64,000 bases of DNA from Nitrospinales bacterium (GTDB lineage: Bacteria > Nitrospinota > Nitrospinia > Nitrospinales > JAJDAT01): the NCBI GenBank assembly GCA_046757665.1, contig JBHHYO010000001.1:1-64000 (forward strand), in the 5' to 3' direction. Below are positions 38,017 through 47,034 of this stretch, piece by piece. The number at the start of each line of letters is the position of its first letter. Position 1 is the stretch's first letter. The notes beneath the pieces are model-generated. The model saw nothing but the letters and a program-made list of their open reading frames with translations. It was not told the origin of the DNA and did not search any database. Made by a program: the position numbers and the translations under genes.

Positions 38017-39186
38017 ATGAATTTAGCCGCACCCACAAAACCCAAGAAAGAAGCCTCCCCCACCGCAACCCTGTCCAAGAACGGCGGTCAAGGCCCGGTC
38101 AGGGAGATGATCAAGGGTTGGATCAAAAAACTGCCGTTTTTTCTGGAAGCGGATTATTATCGGCGCAAAATTTATGATTCCCCTCTGTTCGATTTTTCCG
38201 TGAAACCCTTGGCCGACACCCTCGCCGAGTGGCCGCGGGCGTTGGTTCTTGACATCACCAACCGATGTAATGCCAAGTGCTCGTGGTGCCCGCAACCGCA
38301 ACTGGAGGATGTCGGCGCCATGAAAATGCCTTTGTACCGAAAAATCATCGACGACTACGCCGTCCGCGGCGGGGTGGTTCATTTCGGTACCTTTGGCGAA
38401 CCGCTGATGGACAAAACGTTCGCGGAAAAAGTCCGCTATTTGAAAAACTATCCTTCCATACAAAAGGTCGAGATGGTCACCAACGCCTTTTTCCTGAATG
38501 AAAAAATCGTTCCGACGCTGATCGAAAACAAAGTGAATGTCGAGATCAGTCTGGACGAGCTGGAAAAGGAGACTTTCGAAGAAATCAAGAAAATGAGTTA
38601 CGATGTTGTGCGCGCCAACATTCTTGAATTTTTGAAGCTCAACGACCGGTCCGCGGAACCGGTCAACGTCAACTTCCGCGTCAAATCATCCCTTTCCAGG
38701 CAACACACGATGGCCCATGAACTGTTCCGCGAACTTGCTTCACATCGTTGCACCATCGAACTCACCCCCATTGACGAGGACAGCATCACCACCTGGGCGG
38801 GCCGGTTCGACAAAATGGCGTTTTATGAAGATCACATGAAAAACACCGCCATCGTAAAAGATCACAACCCCAAGGAGTTCAACAAAACCAACACCGCGCC
38901 CTGCAACCAATTGTGGAAATGGATGGTGGTATACTGGGACGGGAGCGTGGTGCTTTGTTGCGTCGATATGTTTTCCTCCACCATTCTGGGAAACCTGAAC
39001 GACAACACGATCGAGGAAATATGGACGGGGCCCGTGCTCACGCAACTGCGACAAAAAATGATCCAAAGGAAACGCTTTGAAATCCCCATTTGCCAGGACT
39101 GCGACCTCCACCTGAGTTGGCGCTATTTAAAGACCTGCTACAAGCCCGACGGCAGTTTGTCCCATCACTTAAACTTCATCAGTTAA
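38017..39186 (+). CDS. Radical SAM protein with SPASM/twitch domain
   Basis: CNAKCSWC, GEPLMD and PCNQLW...DGSVVLCC...CQDC. Confidence 0.9.
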   Translation: MNLAAPTKPKKEASPTATLSKNGGQGPVREMIKGWIKKLPFFLEADYYRRKIYDSPLFDFSVKPLADTLAEWPRALVLDITNRCNAKCSWCPQPQLEDVGAMKMPLYRKIIDDYAVRGGVVHFGTFGEPLMDKTFAEKVRYLKNYPSIQKVEMVTNAFFLNEKIVPTLIENKVNVEISLDELEKETFEEIKKMSYDVVRANILEFLKLNDRSAEPVNVNFRVKSSLSRQHTMAHELFRELASHRCTIELTPIDEDSITTWAGRFDKMAFYEDHMKNTAIVKDHNPKEFNKTNTAPCNQLWKWMVVYWDGSVVLCCVDMFSSTILGNLNDNTIEEIWTGPVLTQLRQKMIQRKRFEIPICQDCDLHLSWRYLKTCYKPDGSLSHHLNFIS

Positions 39187-39189
39187 ACA

Positions 39190-39957
39190 TTGCTGAAAAA
39201 TTTTCTTAAAGGATTGCTGGCTGGGAAACAAAATCGAGTCGTTGGCCGGTACTATGATTTTGTAAACTCTTTTTCCTCGCTGTCGCCCGAACTTGTATCC
39301 GGTCTTCCGCCGGGAAACAATATCCTGGTGTTCGCCCCGCATTGCGACGACGAGTCGCTGGGTTGCGGCGGGACTCTGCATAAACATCACCTTGAAGGAC
39401 ACAACCTTACTGTGGTATTCATGACCGACGGATCCCAATGCGATTCCGGCGGCCTGGCTAAAGATGAAATCGTTCAGACCAGGATTCAGGAAGCGCGGCG
39501 GGCCGGCGAAATCCTTGGCGTCAATCGTTGTGTTTTTCTCGGCTATCCCGACCGGCGATTGCGGGGGACGGAGGAGATCGCTTCTCGAATCGATGACACC
39601 CTGCAAAAGGTCAAGCCGGACCTGGTCTATCTGCCGTTTTATCTGGACAACCACCCCGACCATATGGAAACGGCGGTCATTTGCCTGGATGCGCTTCGCA
39701 GACGTCCGGTCAAAACCATCTTGTTTTATGAAATTTGGACCACCATGATCCCCAACCAGCTTGTAGACATCACATCGACAATGGAAAAAAAGATGGAGGC
39801 CGTGCGGACTTACCGCTCTCAAAAAGGCATTGATGAGTTCGCGGAAAAAATCAAATCGCTAAACCGCTTTCGATCCCTTCATTCCGGCAATCGGTACCAG
39901 TATAGCGAAGCTTTTTTTAAGTTGAATCTCCAAGACCTGGGTAAAATCCTTTCCTGA
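39190..39957 (+). CDS. PIG-L/LmbE-family N-deacetylase
   Basis: APHCDDESLGCGG, MTDG, HPDH and YRSQ motifs. Confidence 0.9.
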   Translation: MLKNFLKGLLAGKQNRVVGRYYDFVNSFSSLSPELVSGLPPGNNILVFAPHCDDESLGCGGTLHKHHLEGHNLTVVFMTDGSQCDSGGLAKDEIVQTRIQEARRAGEILGVNRCVFLGYPDRRLRGTEEIASRIDDTLQKVKPDLVYLPFYLDNHPDHMETAVICLDALRRRPVKTILFYEIWTTMIPNQLVDITSTMEKKMEAVRTYRSQKGIDEFAEKIKSLNRFRSLHSGNRYQYSEAFFKLNLQDLGKILS

Positions 39958-39961
39958 TCCC

Positions 39962-40483
39962 ATGTTCGAAAAAGTAAAAACCTTGTTGCGTGTCCTTCTT
40001 AAAGGCGGTTTTTACCGCGAACTTTTCAGCAATGGGATCCATTATCTTTATGAGCACATTCTCCCCATGGAGACCCTGGAGATGGGGGGTAATCCGGAAA
40101 TTCACCCTACGGTTTCCTTCCGGTTTGAAAACAACATTGTGCTTGGCGACAATATTGTTTTGGACGCCCACTGTTGTCTGTGGGCCTCGGAAAACTCGAA
40201 AATTACCTTGGGCGATAATACCGGCATCGGCCCCGGCACCGTGGTGGTGTCCTCCAACCACTCTTTCCCAAAAGGCAAAGTTTATGTGGAAGAACCCATG
40301 AGTGAGAAAGATATCGTCGTCGGCAAAAATGTTTGGATCGGGGCGAATTCCACCTTGCTGGCCGGAGCAGAGGTCGGCGACGGATGCGTTATCGGAGCCG
40401 GTTGCGTAATTTCCGGGAAAATCCCCGAAAACTCGGTGGTCGTCAGCGGAAGCCGAAAACTTTCCATCGTCAAGCGGAGGTAA
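39962..40483 (+). CDS. Hexapeptide-repeat acyltransferase
   Basis: SSNH...IVVGKNVWIGANSTLLAGAEVGDGCVIGAG. Confidence 0.87.
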   Translation: MFEKVKTLLRVLLKGGFYRELFSNGIHYLYEHILPMETLEMGGNPEIHPTVSFRFENNIVLGDNIVLDAHCCLWASENSKITLGDNTGIGPGTVVVSSNHSFPKGKVYVEEPMSEKDIVVGKNVWIGANSTLLAGAEVGDGCVIGAGCVISGKIPENSVVVSGSRKLSIVKRR

Positions 40484-40492
40484 CCCGGACTG

Positions 40493-40903
40493 ATGCCCGA
40501 TTTCGATTCCATTCAAGTAGGCGACGAGGCGACTCTCACGCGCACAATCACGGAAAAAGACATACAAGCGTATGCCGCTCTTACCGGCGATGACAACTCA
40601 GTTCATACAAACAAACAATTCGCGGAGCGGACACGGTTCAAGCAACCCATCGCTCATGGCATGTTGACGGCGTCTCTCTTCTCCGCCATTATCGGCACTC
40701 GTCTGCCGGGCCATGGGTCGTTGTATGTCAGCCAGGACTTGAACTTTAAAAATCCCGTCATGGTCGATGATATAATCCAGGCCAAGGTGAAAGTGGTTCA
40801 AAAAGTTGAGAGTACCAAAATGATCGTATTGAAAACCACCGCGTCCAATCAGCGTTCCCAGGTGGTCCTGAGCGGAACCGCCAAGGTTACGTGGGCTTTT
40901 TAA
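40493..40903 (+). CDS. MaoC-family (hot-dog) dehydratase
   Basis: LTGDDNSVH and IAHGML hydratase motifs. Confidence 0.9.
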   Translation: MPDFDSIQVGDEATLTRTITEKDIQAYAALTGDDNSVHTNKQFAERTRFKQPIAHGMLTASLFSAIIGTRLPGHGSLYVSQDLNFKNPVMVDDIIQAKVKVVQKVESTKMIVLKTTASNQRSQVVLSGTAKVTWAF

Positions 40904-40916
40904 CGGAAGAGAAACG

Positions 40917-41669
40917 ATGTTTAATCTGGAAAACGAAATCGCGATTGTCACTGGGGCCAGCCGGGGAATCGGCGCGGATATCGCCGGAACGCTTGCCGGT
41001 CACGGTTGCAAGGTGATCGTCAATTACAATCAGAGCCGGGAAAAAGCCGAGGCGGTTGTTGATGGAATCCGGCAAGCCGGCGGGAAAGCCATACCGTTCA
41101 AGGCAAACGTAACCGAACCGGAGCCGGTTCGGCAAATGGTCGAGGCCGCCGTCCGCGAATTCGGCAACCCTACCATTTTAATCAATAACGCTTCTTCACC
41201 CATGATCCACAAAAAAATTTCCCGGACCGACTGGGATGAGTTCCTTTCCTGTTTTGAAATGGCGGTCAAATCGTCCCACCTGTGTTGCGCCGCGGTTACC
41301 CCCATGATGAAAAAAAGCCGAAAAGGCAAAATCGTCAACGTGGTCACCCAATACTCACGGGGGGTTCCGCCGTTGGCGCTGGCAACCTATGTGACCGCCA
41401 AATACGCCCTGGTTGGGTTTTCAAAAAGCCTGGCGGTGGAACTGGCGCCTTTTGGAATACAAGTCAACATGGTCTCCCCCGGTTTGACGGAAACCGATCT
41501 GGTAAGCGGTTTGCCGGACAGCTTCAAGCAAGCCATTGCTCAACAAACGCCCATGAAAAAAAATGCGACATGCGGCGACGTATCCAAAGCCATTATGTTC
41601 CTGGTGTCCGATCTTTCCGATTTCATTACCGGCGTGAACCTCCCCGTTTGCGGCGGTAACATAATGTGA
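40917..41669 (+). CDS. SDR oxidoreductase (FabG-like)
   Basis: TGASRGIG, NNA, YVTAK and VNMVSPG. Confidence 0.9.
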   Translation: MFNLENEIAIVTGASRGIGADIAGTLAGHGCKVIVNYNQSREKAEAVVDGIRQAGGKAIPFKANVTEPEPVRQMVEAAVREFGNPTILINNASSPMIHKKISRTDWDEFLSCFEMAVKSSHLCCAAVTPMMKKSRKGKIVNVVTQYSRGVPPLALATYVTAKYALVGFSKSLAVELAPFGIQVNMVSPGLTETDLVSGLPDSFKQAIAQQTPMKKNATCGDVSKAIMFLVSDLSDFITGVNLPVCGGNIM

Positions 41670-41670
41670 T

Positions 41671-43428
41671 ATGACCCCATCCGAGCCGAAAGGCCCTTGC
41701 GCCGGCAAGCAACTGAAAGAAACGCGAGTCGCCTTCATCGGCAATATCACCCTTCAACCCGTCCAGTCCCATCTCAGGACACTCTGCCTCGAATTGGGCT
41801 TGAAGCTTGAAATCTTTTTCGGCGGGTACGACTTGTATGTCCAGGAAATAGTTGACCCCCAATCCGGCCTGTACAAATTCAACCCCCATTTCACTTTTCT
41901 CATTCTTGACAATCAAACGCTGTTGCCCGAATTGTATAAAGATTTTTTCAGCATTGAACCCGGACGGAGACTGGAGATGGTCGAAAACAAAATGGGCCAA
42001 CTGCTGGCTCTCGCGGATCAATTTCTTGAACATTCAAATTCCGGCCTGGCGCTCGGCAATTTTCCGTTTCCGCGAAATTACCTGATGGGAATATATGATT
42101 CCAAAACGCCCGCCGGTGAACGGGAAATCCTGCAAAAGATGAATCAAACCCTGATCGATCATGTTCGATCGGTTTCCGGCAGACTCCATGTACTCGATAT
42201 CGAAAAACTGCTTGCCAATTGCGGCAAGACTGCCGCCGCCGATGAGAAGATGCGCTACCTCGCCAAAATGATGATTCCGGCAAAGGTCATGCCGTCTCTG
42301 GCGCGGGAACTCATGCGCTACATCCGTCCGGTGATGGGCATGACTCGAAAATGCCTGGTACTGGACCTGGACAACACATTATGGGGAGGGGTTCTTGGAG
42401 AAGACGGAATAGAAGGCATCAAGCTGGGATTGGAGCCGCCCGGCAATGCCTTTTACGAATTTCAGAAAACGGTGAAATCTCTGCAACACCGCGGCGTACT
42501 TCTCGCCATCAACAGCAAGAACGATCTGGAGTTGGTGCGCGAGGTTTTCCAAAAACATCCCGACATGCAACTCAAACTTGACGATTTTGCCTGTGTCCGG
42601 GCCAATTGGCAGGATAAGGCGCAGAACATGCGGGAAATTGCCGCGGAACTGAACATCGGCCTGGACAGCCTGGTTTTTATGGACGACCATCCCGCGGAGC
42701 GCTTGCTGATCCAGCAAGCGCTACCGGAAATTTTGACGGTGGACATGCCGGAGGATTGCGCGGAGTTTGCCCAAACGCTTCTGGCTCTGGATGCCTTCGA
42801 GGTCCTGCACCTTACCGAGGAGGACAGAAAAAGGAAGCGCCTTTACCGGGCGGAAGCCAAAAGAAAAGAATTGAAACGCCAGGTCACCGACCTCACCCAG
42901 TATCTGCAATCCTTGCGGATCGCCGTGCAGGTTTGCCCGGCGGATCCGTTTTCCATTCCCCGCATTGCCCAGCTAACGCAACGCACCAACCAGTTCAACT
43001 TGACGACCCGAAGATACAATGAAGCCGATATAAAAAAATTCGCCGCATCCCAGGCTCATCGCGTATACTTTCTCAAATCTTCCGACCGCTTCGGCGAACA
43101 CGGCATCGTTGGAGCCTGCATCACCCAAAAGAACGGGAGCGCCGTGGAAATCGACACGCTTCTGTTGAGTTGCCGGGTGATCGGCCGGGGAATCGAACAG
43201 GCTTTTTTGCATTTTGTTTGTAACGAAGCCCGGACGCAGGCCGCGGACAAGCTGGTTGGCCACTACCTGCCGACTCGCAAGAACCGGCTCGCGGAAAATT
43301 TTTATGCCGACGAGAAATTTGATGTCATCCTGCGCTCCGAACAGGAGACGATTTTTGAACTCGATCTCAGGCGAAAGACCGTACCGTTGCCGGCCCATAT
43401 CCGGTTGAATGCCAATTATGGACGATAA
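41671..43428 (+). CDS. FkbH-family HAD-IIIC glyceryl transferase/phosphatase
   Basis: LDLDNTLWGG, SKND, FMDD..ER, RTNQFNLT, DRFGEHG and LLSCRV. Confidence 0.93.
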   Translation: MTPSEPKGPCAGKQLKETRVAFIGNITLQPVQSHLRTLCLELGLKLEIFFGGYDLYVQEIVDPQSGLYKFNPHFTFLILDNQTLLPELYKDFFSIEPGRRLEMVENKMGQLLALADQFLEHSNSGLALGNFPFPRNYLMGIYDSKTPAGEREILQKMNQTLIDHVRSVSGRLHVLDIEKLLANCGKTAAADEKMRYLAKMMIPAKVMPSLARELMRYIRPVMGMTRKCLVLDLDNTLWGGVLGEDGIEGIKLGLEPPGNAFYEFQKTVKSLQHRGVLLAINSKNDLELVREVFQKHPDMQLKLDDFACVRANWQDKAQNMREIAAELNIGLDSLVFMDDHPAERLLIQQALPEILTVDMPEDCAEFAQTLLALDAFEVLHLTEEDRKRKRLYRAEAKRKELKRQVTDLTQYLQSLRIAVQVCPADPFSIPRIAQLTQRTNQFNLTTRRYNEADIKKFAASQAHRVYFLKSSDRFGEHGIVGACITQKNGSAVEIDTLLLSCRVIGRGIEQAFLHFVCNEARTQAADKLVGHYLPTRKNRLAENFYADEKFDVILRSEQETIFELDLRRKTVPLPAHIRLNANYGR

Positions 43429-43642
43429 ATTACGCACCATCCTGGCTCAAGCTATCGATGTGGATGCCGAGGAACTAACCGATGAATCCTCGCCCGACAC
43501 CATGCCGGAATGGGATTCGTTTGCCCACTTGAATATGGTGGCAAGCATCGAACAAGAGTATGGGATCAGTCTCACCCTTGAAGAAGTCATCGAAATGCAG
43601 TCCCTCCCGAAAATCAAGGAAGTCATCGCCCGCAAACTTTAA
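43418..43642 (+). CDS. Acyl carrier protein
   Basis: Acidic 74-aa protein with WDSFAHL phosphopantetheine site; overlaps the FkbH stop. Confidence 0.9.
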   Translation: MDDKLRTILAQAIDVDAEELTDESSPDTMPEWDSFAHLNMVASIEQEYGISLTLEEVIEMQSLPKIKEVIARKL

Positions 43643-43683
43643 ACCTTGCCACCCGGCGGCGCAACGGCCCGGAGGATACTCAA

Positions 43684-44643
43684 ATGGTAATGGACCAACC
43701 CGTTCCGCTTTCCCAGCCGGCGTCTCTCGACTTGTCCATTATCATCGTCAGTTTCAATACGCGGCAGATTCTGCTCGCCTGCCTGGAGTCCGTTTATGCC
43801 CGCACGCGGGACCTGGCGTTTGAGGTTCTGGTGATCGACAACAATTCCGCCGACGGTAGCGCCGACGCGGTAAAAGAGCGTTTCCCATCCGTTGGTCTCA
43901 TCAGAAACCCGGAAAACCGCGGCCTGTCCTCCGCATACAATCAGGGCATAAAGGCGTCCCGCGGCCGGTATCTGGTTTTTCTCAACAGCGATACCATTTT
44001 GACCGAAAACAGTTTTTTGAAAATCGTCCGCTACTTGGACGAACACTCCGAGTTCGGCATCGGCACCCCGCGCATCGTTGACGAAAGTAATGTCGTCAGC
44101 TCCATGCGCTTCCGGCAGGATACTCCCTGGGACGCTCTCCGCAAAATCCTGGGGAAGTATGATGGGGACAAGGAAGCCCGGGAAATGGGCAAGGAAGAAG
44201 CCAAGGAGGTCGAAGCGATCGGCGGCCCCAGTTTTTTTGTGCGCCGGACGCTCCTTGAAACCATCGGCCTGTTCGACGAAAATTATTTTTTGTACAACGA
44301 GGAGGACGACTTTTGCCGCCGCGCCCGTCGCCGCGGCCACAAAGTTCTTTATTATCCGGAAACAACCCTTGTGCATCTCCGCGGCAAAAGCACCCACCTG
44401 CCGCAAATCCGCGAAAAGGTCATCATCGAAACCTACAAGAGCAACTTGTATTTTTACGCCAAGTATTATTCCCCCGCCTGGAACCTGGTTTTAAGGCTTG
44501 CGTACCGGGGCGCCTTCATTCTGGGAATGCTGAAATCCGCGTGGCGTTGCCTCACCGGGCGGCCGCCGCGAACCGCCGACGACTCCATTGCCTTGAAATG
44601 GAAACTTCTCTTTCTGAAAACCCCGAGCGCCAGGCGGAAATAA
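43684..44643 (+). CDS. GT2 glycosyltransferase (WbbL-like)
   Basis: IIIVSFN, IDNNSADGS, FLNSD and FDENYFLYNEEDD. Confidence 0.9.
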   Translation: MVMDQPVPLSQPASLDLSIIIVSFNTRQILLACLESVYARTRDLAFEVLVIDNNSADGSADAVKERFPSVGLIRNPENRGLSSAYNQGIKASRGRYLVFLNSDTILTENSFLKIVRYLDEHSEFGIGTPRIVDESNVVSSMRFRQDTPWDALRKILGKYDGDKEAREMGKEEAKEVEAIGGPSFFVRRTLLETIGLFDENYFLYNEEDDFCRRARRRGHKVLYYPETTLVHLRGKSTHLPQIREKVIIETYKSNLYFYAKYYSPAWNLVLRLAYRGAFILGMLKSAWRCLTGRPPRTADDSIALKWKLLFLKTPSARRK

Positions 44644-44662
44644 CGCGCCGGCCCAGAGCCTG

Positions 44663-44691
44663 TTGACCCTCTCCGCCGGGCGTATTATACT
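44663..44691 (+). promoter_or_regulatory. Putative sigma70 promoter
   Basis: TTGACC (44663-44668), 17 bp, TATACT (44686-44691), about 160 bp upstream of ATG 44851. Confidence 0.55.
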
Positions 44692-44850
44692 TTTCACCGT
44701 TCGATGGAATCGACATTGCACCCGCTCGTCCGGACCTAAAGAAATAGCGCCTCGCAACCGATGATTACGATGTGGGAGGTCGATGATTCTTCCCGTCCTT
44801 GCCTGGAACAGCATTAACCGTCCGTCCAAAACTTAACCAGCGAGCCAAGC

Positions 44851-47034
44851 ATGTCCCTCATGGATTTTCAGTCACTCCCATGCCTTGCGATCGTCATCCT
44901 GATTGCCGTTTTATCTCGTCTGCCGTTCCTGCGCTTTCCCATGGACGAGGACATGGCCACCTTCACCTACCGCGCCCGGTTTGCCGCCAGGGGGTTTGAA
45001 TGGAAACGGGACCTGTTCGTTTTTTATCCGACTTGCCGGATGCGCCTGTTCGACGCATTGTACGGTCGCCCCGGGGGGGGCGTCTTGCGGATCCGCCTTT
45101 TTTTCATGGCGGCTCATATCGTCACTTCCCTGGCGGTTTATTCGGCCATATTCTTTCTGACGGGAAACCCTTTCGCGGCACTGTTTGGTGGAGCGAGCTA
45201 TGCGTTTTTCGCCACGGCGCCCGCGCTGTGCGCGGTTTCGTTCAATTTTGAGCCGTTGTATTTGCCGCTTCTCTTGATCGGCTTGCAACTGCTTTGGCGG
45301 GACATGATTCCCCTGGCCGGAATCTGTTTCGGACTGGCCGTCGTGCTCAAGGTTTCCACGGGGATTTATGTTCCGGTGATGATGCTGTTTGTCGCCCGTC
45401 AATACGGGTACGGAGACTCTCTGCTTTTCATGGTCGCGGCGGCGGCTCCCGGCCTGATCTCGCACGCGCTGGACTGGAGCATGGGCTATCTGGACCAGGA
45501 AGCGAAAAAACAATTCAACCTGCGCCTGGCCGCCACCCTGCGGTGCGCCAAATTGAAACGGATGTATGGAAGCATTTCACAAGACATCCGGTTGACCGTT
45601 AAACAGACCCTGCCCCTGTGGCTTGCCGGCATCCCCGGCCTGGTGATCGCTTCGACGGAAGCGCCTGGCCTTTCCATTTCCCTGTTCGCCGTGCCGACGA
45701 TAGTCATGATCCTTTGCCAGCGCGGGTTTTCCCGGTATCATTACATTCCTTTTATTGGTCTCCTGGCTCTCGGAGCGGGTCCGGCGGTCGATCGGCTTTG
45801 GCGGATGCCGGAACCCGTTGCTTTTGCCGCCGCGGCCTTGCTTGTGGCGGCGACTGTCTGGACGCTCTATCGTCTGGCTCCTTTTTATCTTCGTCCCCTG
45901 GAGGCCGAAACCCTGGCGCGATACGACAAGTTCGACCAGTTCATTTACCTGCCGTACCTGGGGAAAATCCTCAAACGCCTTGTCCGCATCCGCAAGGAAA
46001 CGGATCGCCGGCTTTTTGTTTGGGGAAACTTTATTCAGCTTTATCATGAAACCGGACTCCCCGCCGCCGACCGCTTCGCGCATTACTGCATCGGCCCCTG
46101 GGACAGCCCGGTTCTTGAAGAATATTTCGATACCGTCATCGGCGGACTGATGCGCCACCAGCCGGTTTACCTGGTCAAGGCCTTTCCCGACCTGGACATG
46201 GAGTTGCTGGAGCGAGTCACGGGTCTGCGGTACCGGCTGATCAAGGTGGCATTGGCGCGGTTTCCGATTTATCGGCTGGCGGGTTTCACGCCGCCCGCCG
46301 GCGATCCTCTTGATCTGCCGTGGCGCGAGAAAATGCGCCTGTTCGATGCGCTGACGCAGGGCGAACACGTTCCCGGTATCGACAAGACGGCGGCCGCCGG
46401 ATTGAGCAAGACCCTGAACGAATGCCGAAAGCTGTGCCGGTTGAATCCGCATGACACACAAGGCATGTGGTTTCTCGCGGAATTGCAGGACCGGCTTGGG
46501 CAAGCGGACGCGGCCGCATCCACTTGCGAAAAACTGTTGCACGAAAACCCGTCGGACCCACGGCTTCTGCTACTGCTGGCAAAACAAAAGGTAAAGCAAA
46601 ACCGGCCGGACGAAACGCGGCGCGCCCGGGAAATCTATAACGATATATGGAAACGGCCGATGCGCCCGCATGAGGACGGGCTTCGCACCCAGGCCGCGGT
46701 GGCCGTCGCCGAACTCGACTCCGGGCGGCGTCCCGAAGCGGAGACGCTGGAACGGTTTCTCGCCCGCGACCCGCGCAACGAATCGTTGGCTTACGCGCGC
46801 GCCTCGGCCCTGGAGCGCCGGGGCAATCGCGAGCAGGCGCGCCGTCTGTTCGAACAATTTACCGCCACCTTTACCAAACCCCCGCTTCAGGCGGCGGCGT
46901 GGTTCCGCCTGGCCCGCCTGTCGCCGCCGGAGCAACGCGAACAAATACTCAAGCAATGCCTGAAGCTCGATCCCGCGCATTCCGGCGCGCAAAAACTCCT
47001 GCAAGCTCTGGAGACTTGCCGTGTCGAAGCGTAA
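44851..47034 (+). CDS. GT-C-like membrane protein with C-terminal TPR repeats
   Basis: PMDED acidic loop after TM1, multiple TMs and RYHYIP, followed by helical TPR-like repeats. Confidence 0.65.
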   Translation: MSLMDFQSLPCLAIVILIAVLSRLPFLRFPMDEDMATFTYRARFAARGFEWKRDLFVFYPTCRMRLFDALYGRPGGGVLRIRLFFMAAHIVTSLAVYSAIFFLTGNPFAALFGGASYAFFATAPALCAVSFNFEPLYLPLLLIGLQLLWRDMIPLAGICFGLAVVLKVSTGIYVPVMMLFVARQYGYGDSLLFMVAAAAPGLISHALDWSMGYLDQEAKKQFNLRLAATLRCAKLKRMYGSISQDIRLTVKQTLPLWLAGIPGLVIASTEAPGLSISLFAVPTIVMILCQRGFSRYHYIPFIGLLALGAGPAVDRLWRMPEPVAFAAAALLVAATVWTLYRLAPFYLRPLEAETLARYDKFDQFIYLPYLGKILKRLVRIRKETDRRLFVWGNFIQLYHETGLPAADRFAHYCIGPWDSPVLEEYFDTVIGGLMRHQPVYLVKAFPDLDMELLERVTGLRYRLIKVALARFPIYRLAGFTPPAGDPLDLPWREKMRLFDALTQGEHVPGIDKTAAAGLSKTLNECRKLCRLNPHDTQGMWFLAELQDRLGQADAAASTCEKLLHENPSDPRLLLLLAKQKVKQNRPDETRRAREIYNDIWKRPMRPHEDGLRTQAAVAVAELDSGRRPEAETLERFLARDPRNESLAYARASALERRGNREQARRLFEQFTATFTKPPLQAAAWFRLARLSPPEQREQILKQCLKLDPAHSGAQKLLQALETCRVEA

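Noticed and set aside
44698-44850. Long leader with GATGGAATC...GATGATTC, fluoride-riboswitch-like
   Set aside because: Spacing and conserved residues do not fit, and the downstream gene is unrelated to fluoride.
45073-45080. G8 tract, plus several A8/G7 tracts in glycosyltransferase genes, as phase-variation sites
   Set aside because: The frames are intact and tracts of this length are common in this window.
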